Positions 1 to 10,138 are shown, numbered from the stretch's first letter. The stretch: 64,000 nucleotides of DNA from a virus (IMGVR_UViG_3300042154_004306), one strand, 5' to 3'. A program made the numbers and translations. The notes: generated by a model from the sequence alone, not told the origin.

Positions 1-27
1 TAAATAACTAAAAATATTTCACAATTT

Positions 28-327
28 ATGAAATTCATTAAACTTCATTTTGAAAAAATTGTTTTGGGTTTACTATTGGTAATCTTTATTCAACAGTGCA
101 GCACATCAAACCGAGTTAACAAGATTGAAAAGCAGGCAAAAGTAATGAATCAAAGAATCGATTCAGTATACACATCAGATCTACGAAAGATGATTGAGAT
201 CGAAGGATTACGTGCATCAAAGCGTACGCTATACGATTGGAATGCAGTCGTTAGATCAGCAGTTCGTCCTGACGATCGTATGCATGAGTATGATTCTCAA
301 ATTGAAAAAATACAGAAGTCTAAATAA
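28..327 (+). CDS. hypothetical lipoprotein-like/membrane-anchored protein
   Basis: Hydrophobic N-terminal segment ending IQQC; preceded by late motif TAAATAA at 1-7. Confidence 0.6.
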   Translation: MKFIKLHFEKIVLGLLLVIFIQQCSTSNRVNKIEKQAKVMNQRIDSVYTSDLRKMIEIEGLRASKRTLYDWNAVVRSAVRPDDRMHEYDSQIEKIQKSK

Positions 328-1028
328 TGACAAAGAAGGCAACTCACGTATTCATAATAAGTACGTTTGTTACTCTATACCTACTGGTTTCGATCATTTC
401 AACGATTCACGTTATTGATTTCTTTTTAATGTCGAATCCGAAATGGTTAGCAGTTAGTCTAGCTATTGCATTTGAAGTTGGAGCAGCGGCTTCGCTAGCC
501 TCAATCATTACCCTCGATAAAATGAATAAGGGTATTGTTTGGGGACTCTTTATTTTACTGACCGTGATGCAGGCAATGGGTAACACCTATTACACATACG
601 TTCACTTAATCAATTTTCAGGGTTGGATTGAACTATTTGGACTAGTAGATGAGGAACTAATTTATCAAAAACGAGTTCTATCAATCGTTAGTGGAGCGAT
701 TCTACCGATTGTTGCATTAGGCTTCATTAAATCATTGGTCGACTATATTAAGCCAGCAGATGAACCCGTAAATGATATTGCAATTGAAACGCCTGAACCT
801 GAAAAAGAAGTTCCATACGTTAGCGATGATTTTCAAATAGGACCGGACGGCGCGTATGAGCATGTTGATGAACCAGTTGAAGATTTTTCCGAAACTCAGC
901 CTGAGGTTGAGCATTCTGTTGAAATTACAACTGAACCTGAGGTAGATAATAATAACATACGCCAATCTCGATTGTCAGATGATGCTCTAGCTCGAGGAGC
1001 AAGAATATCATTTAGTGATAGGATTTAA
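327..1028 (+). CDS. multi-pass membrane protein with acidic tail
   Basis: About 4 hydrophobic helices, then a Glu/Pro-rich tail containing PYVSDDFQIGPDGAYEH. Confidence 0.7.
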   Translation: MTKKATHVFIISTFVTLYLLVSIISTIHVIDFFLMSNPKWLAVSLAIAFEVGAAASLASIITLDKMNKGIVWGLFILLTVMQAMGNTYYTYVHLINFQGWIELFGLVDEELIYQKRVLSIVSGAILPIVALGFIKSLVDYIKPADEPVNDIAIETPEPEKEVPYVSDDFQIGPDGAYEHVDEPVEDFSETQPEVEHSVEITTEPEVDNNNIRQSRLSDDALARGARISFSDRI

Positions 1029-1044
1029 AAATAGTCTACTTTAA

Positions 1045-1752
1045 ATGCCATACATTAATTTCCAAGATGATCCGATTCCACAAAGAGTAAACAACTCATT
1101 TGCGAATCTATGTTCGTCTGATCCAAGTAAAAAAGTTCTAAAGATATTAGACAAGTGTTTCATTATCATAAATAATGGAAAAACTGAGGCTAAATTTTGC
1201 GATCTTGAAAAACTTTTATATCCAGTAGACGGACACCTACTTATCGATTTTGAAGTTTGTGCAGAAGAGAGGCTATCGGTATACGATAACTCATTAGAGG
1301 ATATTTTATCAAGCAGCCCATCCGGTGCATCCGTATACTATCCATTAGGCTTAGGCACTGAGTACATGATCCCAGCCGGATACACAGGACCTTCATCATC
1401 TCCTTCATCTAGCCCATCGTCAACCCCATACTATTTCATTCTACCAGTGGACCGCAATTACGTTAGAGGTTGTATTGTATACATCGACTATCCTGTACTA
1501 GATAAGAACGGTTCGGACGTTTTACCTGCAGACCAATCATGTGAAATTAAGCTGGTTGACCAAGACCTAAACGAGTCAACTCACCCAGTAGGCAATTTCT
1601 TTTCTCACTTAGGTAATCCAATGACGCGTAATGCCAATAAGCTAATAAATAAGATAGAGATATACAACCCAAATCCTAATTTTAGCGTTAAGGTGAGAGG
1701 TATGGTAATCTATGTAAAGGGCAATCCGGATCCAAATAACTGTGCTTGCTAA
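1045..1752 (+). CDS. hypothetical (probable virion) protein
   Basis: 235-aa ORF in late operon; beta-rich with a Ser/Pro linker. Confidence 0.6.
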   Translation: MPYINFQDDPIPQRVNNSFANLCSSDPSKKVLKILDKCFIIINNGKTEAKFCDLEKLLYPVDGHLLIDFEVCAEERLSVYDNSLEDILSSSPSGASVYYPLGLGTEYMIPAGYTGPSSSPSSSPSSTPYYFILPVDRNYVRGCIVYIDYPVLDKNGSDVLPADQSCEIKLVDQDLNESTHPVGNFFSHLGNPMTRNANKLINKIEIYNPNPNFSVKVRGMVIYVKGNPDPNNCAC

Positions 1753-1767
1753 AAAATTTAAAAAGAA

Positions 1768-2103
1768 ATGAATCATTCATCAGTTGCAAAACTTTTAAAA
1801 ACTCACACTGACTCAAACAATTCAATGAATTACACACCAACTTTCGTGAATGGGTCTTCTCGTGAAATTAATGCCAATGATACCGGTATAGGTTACTACA
1901 CCGACACTTGGTACGGCATCCATAATCCAAGCGGGTCAGCTATTTCAGTAACAGTCAAGACTGCCGACCAGGGTACTGCTGGCACAGGTGCAGTCGTTAG
2001 AATTAATGCGGGTGAGACTTTCTATGCAGTTATTTCAACTATTACTGTTGGCTCTGGAGTAACAGTCGTTCTATTAGGTATTCCAACAACATTTAGTAGA
2101 TAA
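1768..2103 (+). CDS. hypothetical (probable virion) protein
   Basis: Small T/G/S-rich beta protein in late operon. Confidence 0.6.
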   Translation: MNHSSVAKLLKTHTDSNNSMNYTPTFVNGSSREINANDTGIGYYTDTWYGIHNPSGSAISVTVKTADQGTAGTGAVVRINAGETFYAVISTITVGSGVTVVLLGIPTTFSR

Positions 2104-2555
2104 TGGGACCAGTACTTACATTTGGACAAAGACAACAGGCGCTAAAGGGATTGCCTTTCTACGGAAAGAGCGATTTTAACTTTGTTGCGTCCAGAAGTAA
2201 TTTCTCAGGAGGTATCGCAATTAAGGTACTTCCACTATCTGATCTTTCTAGAGCTCAAACCGTTAATATTGATGATTTTGATAGAGAAATTAAGCACTTA
2301 AACCAAGCCTTCAAAACTGGTTCCAGAATAAGCGGAATCACGGTTAATTCTCCATTCACAGGTAAAAAGGGAGAAGGTGAATCGGTCATAGGTAAATTTG
2401 AAAGTTTTAAAATCGATAAGCCTAACCAGACAATCCGAGCGTTCATTAGAGATCCAAAATCAATGAAGCTAGTTGAAGTTTACCCTGAAACACTGACTCG
2501 TCTTACGGAGTCTACTTCCCATGTAGCGAAAACCTTCCTGGATTTCGTGATATAA
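2103..2555 (+). CDS. hypothetical protein
   Basis: Coupled ORF; ends LTES..KTFLDFVI. Confidence 0.65.
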   Translation: MGPVLTFGQRQQALKGLPFYGKSDFNFVASRSNFSGGIAIKVLPLSDLSRAQTVNIDDFDREIKHLNQAFKTGSRISGITVNSPFTGKKGEGESVIGKFESFKIDKPNQTIRAFIRDPKSMKLVEVYPETLTRLTESTSHVAKTFLDFVI

Positions 2556-2575
2556 TCTTAAAAGAACAAATACTT

Positions 2576-3613
2576 ATGGCAATAGAACAAGAGAAGGATC
2601 TTGGCGGAGAAGAAGAAATATCTTCATTTCTCGAGCAAGAGGACTCAAAGTACGGCAAAAATTCAAACGATACAGCTAAGTCGGTTGAAGCTGAGAAACT
2701 GCTACCTAAAACTAATTTAGGAACTGCCCGATCAGTTCAAATCGCAGAAGAGTCTTCGATTTCTGGTGCAAACGATGGATACTGGAAGAACGTGCCTCTT
2801 GAGAATTTACCATCAGGCGGATTATTTTACGCAGAAGGTTCAGAATTAACGATTAGAGCAGCAACCGTTTCCGAAATAAGACACTGGTCAACCATTGACG
2901 AGGATGATGTTCTTGACATAGACGATAAGTTGAATTTCATAATTGAAAAGTGTACTCGATTTAAAGTCAAAGGCGGTCAGTCCTGGTTAACTTGGAGAGA
3001 TATTTTAGAGATCGATAGGTTATACGTAATCTTTTTGATTCATGAAATAAGCTTTCCAGACGGTCAGAACGAACTTTTCGTTAAGTTACAGTGTACTGAA
3101 ACTTGTTCAGAAGAAGGTAAGTTCAACGACGAGGTCAAGGTTAAGAGCGGAATGCTTCAATTTTTCGAATTTCCATCTGAACTTGAGCCATGGTATTCGG
3201 CTGAGTATCGCTGCTTTGAAGTAGTTTCGCAAAAGTTAAATGAAACGTTCTATTTGTACATGCCGACAATCGGCGTAATCGAAAGACTACGTAAACGCAT
3301 AGCTGAGGCAAAGACTCTAAATCGATCAATCGATAAGTCTTTTATAAAGATTGCACCGTACATCATTCAAGATTGGACCAAGTTTGGTCAGCAAGAATAT
3401 GCAGCACTACAATCCGAAACTTTAGGTTGGCATATTAATAAGTTCACATTCATTACCAAATTCGTTGATCAGGTACAAGCCTCACGAGATAATTCAGTGA
3501 CGGCTCAATGCCCTAAGTGTGGAGCAAAATTGACGTCATCAATTTTTTCGTCAAACAGCTTCACTGTCAAAGATCTTTTCCTTATTTCAGGTAGACTTGA
3601 CCAACTTATTTGA
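2576..3613 (+). CDS. T4 gp26-like baseplate hub assembly protein / tail chaperone
   Basis: LPSGG.FY, IRAATVSE, DRLYVIFLI, C-terminal CPKCG: typical pattern of gp26-like proteins. Confidence 0.65.
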   Translation: MAIEQEKDLGGEEEISSFLEQEDSKYGKNSNDTAKSVEAEKLLPKTNLGTARSVQIAEESSISGANDGYWKNVPLENLPSGGLFYAEGSELTIRAATVSEIRHWSTIDEDDVLDIDDKLNFIIEKCTRFKVKGGQSWLTWRDILEIDRLYVIFLIHEISFPDGQNELFVKLQCTETCSEEGKFNDEVKVKSGMLQFFEFPSELEPWYSAEYRCFEVVSQKLNETFYLYMPTIGVIERLRKRIAEAKTLNRSIDKSFIKIAPYIIQDWTKFGQQEYAALQSETLGWHINKFTFITKFVDQVQASRDNSVTAQCPKCGAKLTSSIFSSNSFTVKDLFLISGRLDQLI

Positions 3614-3770
3614 GACCAATCGTCTCCTGGCAGTGAAGCTGCACCAATCGATAACCGAACTTTACGGATTACCTTTCTACGAGTACCTAAGCTATGTCAA
3701 ATTCTTAATAGATGAGTCTGGCACAAACACTCAAGAAGTATTCGAAATTCAAACTGGACTTGATGCATAA
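3597..3770 (+). CDS. gp51-like small baseplate/tail assembly protein (TTG start or frameshift extension)
   Basis: +1-frame ORF LTNLFETNRLLAVKLHQSITELYGLPFYEYLSYVKFL overlapping the end of the gp26-like gene; not in ORF track (57 aa). Confidence 0.5.
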   Translation: MTNLFETNRLLAVKLHQSITELYGLPFYEYLSYVKFLIDESGTNTQEVFEIQTGLDA

Positions 3771-3794
3771 TTTGCTCAGGTCCTTTGTTTTTTA

Positions 3795-3802
3795 ATAAAT
3801 AA
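3795..3802 (+). promoter_or_regulatory. T4-like late promoter motif ATAAATAA (representative copy)
   Basis: Same motif upstream of genes at 8220/8243/8269, 12433, 14839, 41555, 54880, 60831 (+) and 23734, 35119, 37873, 41536, 46009, 46912, 47862, 61949 (-); resembles T4 TATAAATA. Confidence 0.7.
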
Positions 3803-3820
3803 CCAAAAGAACTTAACCAA

Positions 3821-5248
3821 GTGAAATATAATCAGAACTACTTAACGTCAGCGACTCTGTTTACCGAGGCTGGAATAACTAGGCTAGATATTAGAGTTAC
3901 TGATATCGCTAACGGAGAAATAGTCGCATCTGCTGGCGCGAATGAAGGTAGTTTAAAAACAATACACCAAACTGCAATCGATGAAATAAGGGATAAGCTT
4001 GATGAATTAAAGATAGTCGGTGTAATTCTACCAAGCGTTAAACAGTTGAAGGAAGGCGAAATCAGGTTATTTCCTTCAAAGCCTCAGGCCGGCAGTATCA
4101 TATCATCCGATCTTAGTTTATTAACCCCGGCGTCTATTTTAGAAAATGAGATTAACAAACTATCAACCCCCAAGAATATTCCAACCGAAGAAACTGTTTT
4201 ATCTAGCGAAACGGCTAAATCAACAGTTAGCGAATCTTCAACTAGCTTAAAATCTTTACCGATTGAAAATTCAGTCGAGGTCCCTAAAACGACTGAGGCC
4301 AAATCTGCTGAGTCTGAAGTTAGATCTACACCAATTCCGACAGTTAAGCCTGAGCCGGTCGAATCTGTTAAGATTGTGACTGTACCGGTTGAAGTTGAAA
4401 GGGCTGCTCCATTGGCAGCAACCGTTGCAACTTCCGGTAACGTTACACAAGCAGCAGTTTCGCCAATCACGACAACTAACATTACCTCGAATACAGTTAA
4501 TAAAACCGGCGAATCGATTGCTACTGCTACCGAAAAGGAGATCACTAAGGCCTTATTGGAAAGTACTAACTCTGTTAGTAAGACAACTGACGTCTCACAA
4601 AAGTCAACCAATTCAATCATAAAGGATGGATCAACTCTTTTAAAAGAACTTAGCTCAACCAAAGAAACTTCTCAAAAGTCAACCATTGAAAAAGTGACTT
4701 CTCCAGAAGATTTAATTCTTTCAAGTTTTGGATCAGTTGACTTTATGCAAGGTCTTATTAAAGAGGGCGTAAAATTTTCTGGTTCTGATAATATATTAAA
4801 GGCAGCAAACGAAAAAAAGGAGTCTCTGGCTAGTGGAGTTGAATCAGGTAATAGCAAAATCTCTTCCGAGGTAGCTAGTTTAAAAACATCAAAACTAGCT
4901 GATTCCAATTCGGTAAAACAATTGCTAACTCCTGATAAAACTTTAGAAAGGAGCGTTCGTAAATTAACTAAGGATCTTCCTGAATCAATAAACAATCTAA
5001 ATTCGTCATTTAGCAACTTCTCTCCGCAAAGTTCAAGTACGGCAACCGTTACAAATGAAGGAGCTAAAATTGATCAGAGTAGCACAGTTAATTCAATGCA
5101 ACCAAATAACCGGCAAGTCAGTCAACCGGAGACAGCTTCACCGCAAGCTAATTCTCAAACCGGCATGAATCAGAGTGATTTTTACATGCAGGCAATATAC
5201 GCAGCATTGATGTCGGGTAAAATCAGAGTTAAACTAGAACAATTATAA
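3821..5248 (+). CDS. Ser/Thr-rich low-complexity late protein
   Basis: 475-aa ORF, GTG start, late motif upstream. Confidence 0.65.
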   Translation: MKYNQNYLTSATLFTEAGITRLDIRVTDIANGEIVASAGANEGSLKTIHQTAIDEIRDKLDELKIVGVILPSVKQLKEGEIRLFPSKPQAGSIISSDLSLLTPASILENEINKLSTPKNIPTEETVLSSETAKSTVSESSTSLKSLPIENSVEVPKTTEAKSAESEVRSTPIPTVKPEPVESVKIVTVPVEVERAAPLAATVATSGNVTQAAVSPITTTNITSNTVNKTGESIATATEKEITKALLESTNSVSKTTDVSQKSTNSIIKDGSTLLKELSSTKETSQKSTIEKVTSPEDLILSSFGSVDFMQGLIKEGVKFSGSDNILKAANEKKESLASGVESGNSKISSEVASLKTSKLADSNSVKQLLTPDKTLERSVRKLTKDLPESINNLNSSFSNFSPQSSSTATVTNEGAKIDQSSTVNSMQPNNRQVSQPETASPQANSQTGMNQSDFYMQAIYAALMSGKIRVKLEQL

Positions 5249-5249
5249 T

Positions 5250-5477
5250 ATGGAACACATAAATCAAATTCGAGAAATCGTAAACGAGTACAGCAAGATA
5301 ACTGCTGGAATTAATGAGCTTGAAAGAATGACTCAATTGCTAAACTTTAGAAAAAATGAGTTAGAGACAGCATTGAACAACAACAAGAACCGTGAGAAAG
5401 CCCTAATAGATAAAATAGTAGAGGAGACTGGTCAGGCTCCAGACTTTTATAAAATTATGTCAGACTTAAATGTTTAA
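5250..5477 (+). CDS. small coiled-coil protein
   Basis: Coupled ORF, heptad pattern. Confidence 0.6.
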   Translation: MEHINQIREIVNEYSKITAGINELERMTQLLNFRKNELETALNNNKNREKALIDKIVEETGQAPDFYKIMSDLNV

Positions 5478-6099
5478 ACCATTATTGAAATTAGATCTAA
5501 AATCGATACTACTTGTCGTATTAGTGCTAATAATTGTATTAATGAGATCGTGCGAAGGTGGAGACTCTAAACCTGTAACTACCGTTAAGATCGATGGAAA
5601 AAAATACGAAGTCGTAAAGCACGATATCGATACATTTATCCAAAAGAAAGAAACTGTTGTTTACAAAAAAGGTACCGATATTTACCATGACACGACAATC
5701 TACGTACCAACTCCAATTAGCTTTGATACAGTACAGGTGGTAAACGACTATTATGCTAAACGAGTTTACACAGATACTTTAAAATTAGCAGATTCGCTAG
5801 GTTACATTGTAGTTAATGACACAATTTCACAAAATAGCTTACTAGGTAGATTATGGAATGCCCAAGTAAATAAGACAACTATAAAAGAAACGCTAATCGT
5901 TAAAGAGCTTCCAAAGAATCAAGTTTATATTGGTTTAGTCGGATGTTTCGATAAGGCAACCGTTGTTAACTTTGCAGGTCCATCGATAATGTTAAAAACG
6001 AAAACTGACAAAGTGTACAGTATCGGAGTCGGATACTCTGCCTCTAAAGTAGTGTCAATTCAAGGTGGATTGTACTGGAAAATTAAATTAAAGAAATAA
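5470..6099 (+). CDS. lipoprotein (possible Bacteroidota-type spanin)
   Basis: Signal ending LMRSC; DT-rich middle; amphipathic beta C-terminus. Confidence 0.5.
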   Translation: MFKPLLKLDLKSILLVVLVLIIVLMRSCEGGDSKPVTTVKIDGKKYEVVKHDIDTFIQKKETVVYKKGTDIYHDTTIYVPTPISFDTVQVVNDYYAKRVYTDTLKLADSLGYIVVNDTISQNSLLGRLWNAQVNKTTIKETLIVKELPKNQVYIGLVGCFDKATVVNFAGPSIMLKTKTDKVYSIGVGYSASKVVSIQGGLYWKIKLKK

Positions 6100-8159
6100 T
6101 GATTTCTAGATTTGTAACACTAACTGATTACTGCGTATTGGAGTACATGATGACTCCATTAGGAGACCCTGCGCCAAACATTATCAATTCACAATACTAC
6201 CTTGTTGATAACAAGCACGTTGACGGTTATCAGGTGTATAACACTGATTCGTATGATAGCATTACTAAAAATACTAGAGGACTAAGCGTTGTTGCGCTAG
6301 GCGGTTCACGATTAGTTAAAGTTGATCTTACTGATATACCGATCTACACACAGTACGATCCAAATATTACTGAGACTCAGATTGCTGCAAGCCTAAGCAG
6401 TTTCACAATAATGGATACGATGAGGTTTCACTTTGCCTCAGGTTTTAATTTCACAGAAGTTGAAAATATTATTTTAGGAGCTCGTCAAAAGCTGAATGAT
6501 CTAAAGCAATTACAGTTAGCGAATGTATTAGTGGATGCACAAACAGCTCAAACTCTTTTAACTTTCAATCCAAAACCGCTGTACTTAGCGAATACAATCT
6601 ATGATAAGTATATTGATATTAAGGTCCCTACTTTATCGTACTTAGCAGAAGATTTTAATCAATTTGAGTCAGCGTCATTTGAATATGCATTAACTGATGG
6701 AATCGGGTTCATTAAGGATGCTCCAATAACAGTTTCATTAATTGAAGCGACCTATGAAGATTATTATCCAGAAAATGGAGAGAAATATGAACTGTATCGA
6801 GTTGCCAACTATTTTGAAGGATCAGTTCCTCAAATCAATGAGTTCGATAGTTTAGGCGCGATAATCCAAGAGGCAACTGACGGAGACTACATTGAGTTCT
6901 TTGCTACCTGGAATGGAACATTCGCCGAGGACCTAATTTCAACGCTAAATGCAAAAGGTCCAGATAACGATTGGATTTTCATTCACCAACTCCAAGTTTA
7001 CGAACAGGTTGGAACAGCGATCGTACCTTCCGGCAATTTCACAGTTTATCAAGAAGATAATTTTGACACTGCTCTAAGTTACAGACCAATCCTAAAGGAG
7101 GCTGGTTTTGCGGTGTCAATGTCAATCGACTACACTCTTCGACTTGTGAATAAAAAGACAGGAGATCAGATCATTAGAGCTGGGTCAATGTCCCTATTCA
7201 ACCCAAATAAGTACGGCAAGTATTTAACTAAACTTGAGCTTGCGGACAAACCTCAATCGATGAAAGTTTACAATAAAATCATTCAAAAGAATCTTGAGAT
7301 TTCTAACCTGTTTACTGGAGGTAAAACGCCAAAATCTTCAACTTCTCAAATGGTAGCTCCGCCTACTGTGATCGAAAAAGAGGTCAAGGTCGGAGTCCCA
7401 GTATTTTATAAGCAGGCTAACATTCAAATAAGTCAAAAGAATGCTCTACTTAAATACGGAGACGGGTCAATGGAGGTTATTTTTGGACAGGGCGAATTAA
7501 TTATTCCAATCGATCCTACTGATAACTTTTTTAAGATCAACGTATACGAAAAGAATCCAGCTAATCCAAAGGTCCATACTCCTGCTAACTTAAATAACAA
7601 TTCAACATTTGCATTAACGTTCGGATCTGATTCAAAATTTGTTTATAATGGACTTACTGATCCAGCTTACGTGGATCCAAGTAAAGGCCAATTGGCTTTT
7701 AGAATACCTAAGGATCAGGCAAAGAAAATTCTTGAGTCAACCAATACTACTCTATTCATTTCTCTAATTGGCGAGGACGGCACCGAAACTTTACTGTATA
7801 CTGGTCGATGGTTACCGTCTTCACAGTATGCTACGGTATTAAGAGCAAATGAGGCTGCTCAAAATACACTGCTAAATGATCCTCAAGCGGTTATTTCTGA
7901 GCTAAGAGAGAAGATTACTTCACTTGAGGCATCTAATGCTGCGCTAATTAGGCGCCTAGGAACCACTAGACCTATATCAGGTAACTTATCGACTAAAACT
8001 GAAAATATTAAAAACATAAACCCAATAGCTGGACAGTTAAATCCTTATACTGATTTAGTACAGGCGAATCCTAATACAGAGACGACAAATACAACAACAA
8101 TCATCCAAGATGAACCGGTTCCTACGACTACTCGCAGATCGCAAAGGTCAAAGAGGTGA
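6099..8159 (+). CDS. large probable virion structural protein
   Basis: 686 aa, beta-rich, in late operon. Confidence 0.6.
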   Translation: MISRFVTLTDYCVLEYMMTPLGDPAPNIINSQYYLVDNKHVDGYQVYNTDSYDSITKNTRGLSVVALGGSRLVKVDLTDIPIYTQYDPNITETQIAASLSSFTIMDTMRFHFASGFNFTEVENIILGARQKLNDLKQLQLANVLVDAQTAQTLLTFNPKPLYLANTIYDKYIDIKVPTLSYLAEDFNQFESASFEYALTDGIGFIKDAPITVSLIEATYEDYYPENGEKYELYRVANYFEGSVPQINEFDSLGAIIQEATDGDYIEFFATWNGTFAEDLISTLNAKGPDNDWIFIHQLQVYEQVGTAIVPSGNFTVYQEDNFDTALSYRPILKEAGFAVSMSIDYTLRLVNKKTGDQIIRAGSMSLFNPNKYGKYLTKLELADKPQSMKVYNKIIQKNLEISNLFTGGKTPKSSTSQMVAPPTVIEKEVKVGVPVFYKQANIQISQKNALLKYGDGSMEVIFGQGELIIPIDPTDNFFKINVYEKNPANPKVHTPANLNNNSTFALTFGSDSKFVYNGLTDPAYVDPSKGQLAFRIPKDQAKKILESTNTTLFISLIGEDGTETLLYTGRWLPSSQYATVLRANEAAQNTLLNDPQAVISELREKITSLEASNAALIRRLGTTRPISGNLSTKTENIKNINPIAGQLNPYTDLVQANPNTETTNTTTIIQDEPVPTTTRRSQRSKR

Positions 8160-8296
8160 ATACCATGGAGGTAACCGACCGCGTAGATAACAATAATTCA
8201 TTTAGACCAGTTTGAATGAATAAATAACTCTAGCATATACAGATAAATAAAATCAGCGATATAAGCTGATAAATAATAAAAAAGACAAGCGTTTCA

Positions 8297-9835
8297 ATGA
8301 ACGGTCTCATACAAGAACTAACAACTGAGCTCAAATCTAATTCGAGCATAAATTCTAGCATCGCCGCGAAGGTTGTGCTTGAATCAATCAACAATTCACT
8401 TATGTTGGGTGTTGCGCCTAACCAAATCTTAGAAAATTCTCTAGAAACTTTGGAGCAATTTGCTACAGAAATGGTAAACGAAAACCTTAAGGAAGTCGTT
8501 GCTAAATTTAAGAAACTGGCTGAAAAGCCTACAGCAAGTCTGCAGAACATGGCTAAGGAAGCTGGTCTAAAGATCAAACTTCAAGCTATCAAAGAATCTG
8601 AAACTTATGGAGATCCAGTTTTCAAGCATACTGTTGCTAGATTGGAAGAGGCTGTTAATTCTATGCCAGAATACAGAGCTTTAGGTTTTGTGTACGAAGG
8701 TCTTTCTAAATTCGCTTATGATAAAACGGTTGCTGGAATTTTAGAAGAAATTTCAACATACGTTAACAACAATCGCGTAAAGTTAGAAGTATTAAACTCT
8801 GTTTTTGAAATGAGATTGGCTGGTCCAGTTCTTTACAAAGATGCATGCGCTCTTCTTGAGCAAGCAGTATTAGAAGGAATTGAAACTTCGGACGGTATTA
8901 AAATGAAATTGCGTTCTTTTTCTAATTTGCCAGTGGTTAGTAGACTTATTAACACAGTAAGCATGTTAGAGGCAAAAACTGATGGAACCTTTAATTTAGG
9001 AATCGGTAACGGAGACGCTCAAGTAAAGCCAATCGTAGCTCCTTTTTATAAAGTTACAGAGAGCGATGCATTAATTTTCATCGATAATAAATTCATCAAA
9101 GTTTCAGAAAATGATGATCCTACTCAAGTAACCGCAGAAGATGCTCAAGAATTTCCTGATTTCTTTGAAATCTGTGAAGCTTTTAGATTCTTGAACTTCA
9201 AAGAATCTGGTTCAGATACAGTTGCCAAAGGTAGAAACCTATCAGTAGCATTCGGAATCAACGAGAACGGTACCTTAAACCTTAAGTTAAATGGTGCAGT
9301 TGTTGAAAATCTAGATTCAGTTAGACTAACTGAACTTTTCGTAATGGAATCGCTTGAAACACGTAGTGCTCTTACTAAGATCTTTGATAACTTAGATCTT
9401 ATTGTCAATATTGAATTTGGTAAAACTATCGTTAACGAAAGACTTGGAAGAAATTCAATTGTTTTAAATCTTGGAGAAAACATTTTCGTTTTTGAAAAAT
9501 TAGGAGACACTCGTATTCTTAAGAAGATGAAGGACCTAACTTTCCACAATTACGTAATGGAAAACTTCAAGTACGACGTTAGTGAACTTTATTCGATTCA
9601 ATTAGAAGAAAGAGACATTAAAATCAAGGAACTTAATTCAGAGAAATCGGTAATTGAAGCTAACTTAGAGAAATTAGAAAAAACTATTTCTCAAATTAAC
9701 GAAGCTTTAGCAGATTCATCAATCTCTGCTGATAATAAAGAAAAATTAAACGAACTTAGAATGTCAATTGAAAAGAACGTTAATTCTCTAAAGAATCAAT
9801 ACATCTTAGTCGATCAGTCCAAAAAAAAAGCTTAA
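8297..9835 (+). CDS. probable prohead core/scaffold-type late protein
   Basis: Three late motifs upstream; helical with many L/I-x-E sites and a C-terminal coiled coil; ends at an A9 run. Confidence 0.55.
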   Translation: MNGLIQELTTELKSNSSINSSIAAKVVLESINNSLMLGVAPNQILENSLETLEQFATEMVNENLKEVVAKFKKLAEKPTASLQNMAKEAGLKIKLQAIKESETYGDPVFKHTVARLEEAVNSMPEYRALGFVYEGLSKFAYDKTVAGILEEISTYVNNNRVKLEVLNSVFEMRLAGPVLYKDACALLEQAVLEGIETSDGIKMKLRSFSNLPVVSRLINTVSMLEAKTDGTFNLGIGNGDAQVKPIVAPFYKVTESDALIFIDNKFIKVSENDDPTQVTAEDAQEFPDFFEICEAFRFLNFKESGSDTVAKGRNLSVAFGINENGTLNLKLNGAVVENLDSVRLTELFVMESLETRSALTKIFDNLDLIVNIEFGKTIVNERLGRNSIVLNLGENIFVFEKLGDTRILKKMKDLTFHNYVMENFKYDVSELYSIQLEERDIKIKELNSEKSVIEANLEKLEKTISQINEALADSSISADNKEKLNELRMSIEKNVNSLKNQYILVDQSKKKA

Positions 9836-9858
9836 GTGAGTCTGAGGACATTACTCTA

Positions 9859-10125
9859 GTGTCCCCAACCTCTGCGAAGTACGCAACTGGCCAACGTGTC
9901 ATGTTGAAGTCAGGTCAATCTGCAACAATCGTTGGAATTGACCCAGTTGGTAAAACTTACAAGGTAATGGGATCTGATAATAAGTACCAATCCGTTAAGC
10001 CTGAAGAGATTGAAAAGATTGACTCGTCTAAATATAAAGACTATCAGCAATCTGGTCCAAATCCTGAAAATCCAGACGAACTTTCAATTAAAGAAAAAGA
10101 CGTTACTCTAGACCAAAGCTCATAA
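9859..10125 (+). CDS. SH3/KOW-like domain; probably the -1 frameshift extension of 8297..9835
   Basis: GQRV...ATIVGID...YKV pattern; frame open from the A9 run at 9821. Confidence 0.55.
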   Translation: MSPTSAKYATGQRVMLKSGQSATIVGIDPVGKTYKVMGSDNKYQSVKPEEIEKIDSSKYKDYQQSGPNPENPDELSIKEKDVTLDQSS

Positions 10126-10127
10126 TC

Positions 10128-10138
10128 TTTAGTATAAT
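10128..10138 (+). promoter_or_regulatory. putative middle promoter TTTAGTATAAT (representative copy)
   Basis: Exact copies at 18071, 22236, 43694, 54845; (A/G)GTATAAT variants near 23716, 28161, 38643, 38721, 50657. Confidence 0.6.

Noticed and set aside
4084-5016. Antisense ORFs (also 8230, 9145, 12975, 13629, 42272, 55284 etc.)
   Set aside because: Shadows of well-supported genes on the opposite strand, with no motifs or leaders.
3821-5248. Tape measure protein
   Set aside because: Position after the chaperone-like genes is suggestive, but it is short, Ser/Thr/Pro-rich and lacks the helical Ala/Gly periodicity.
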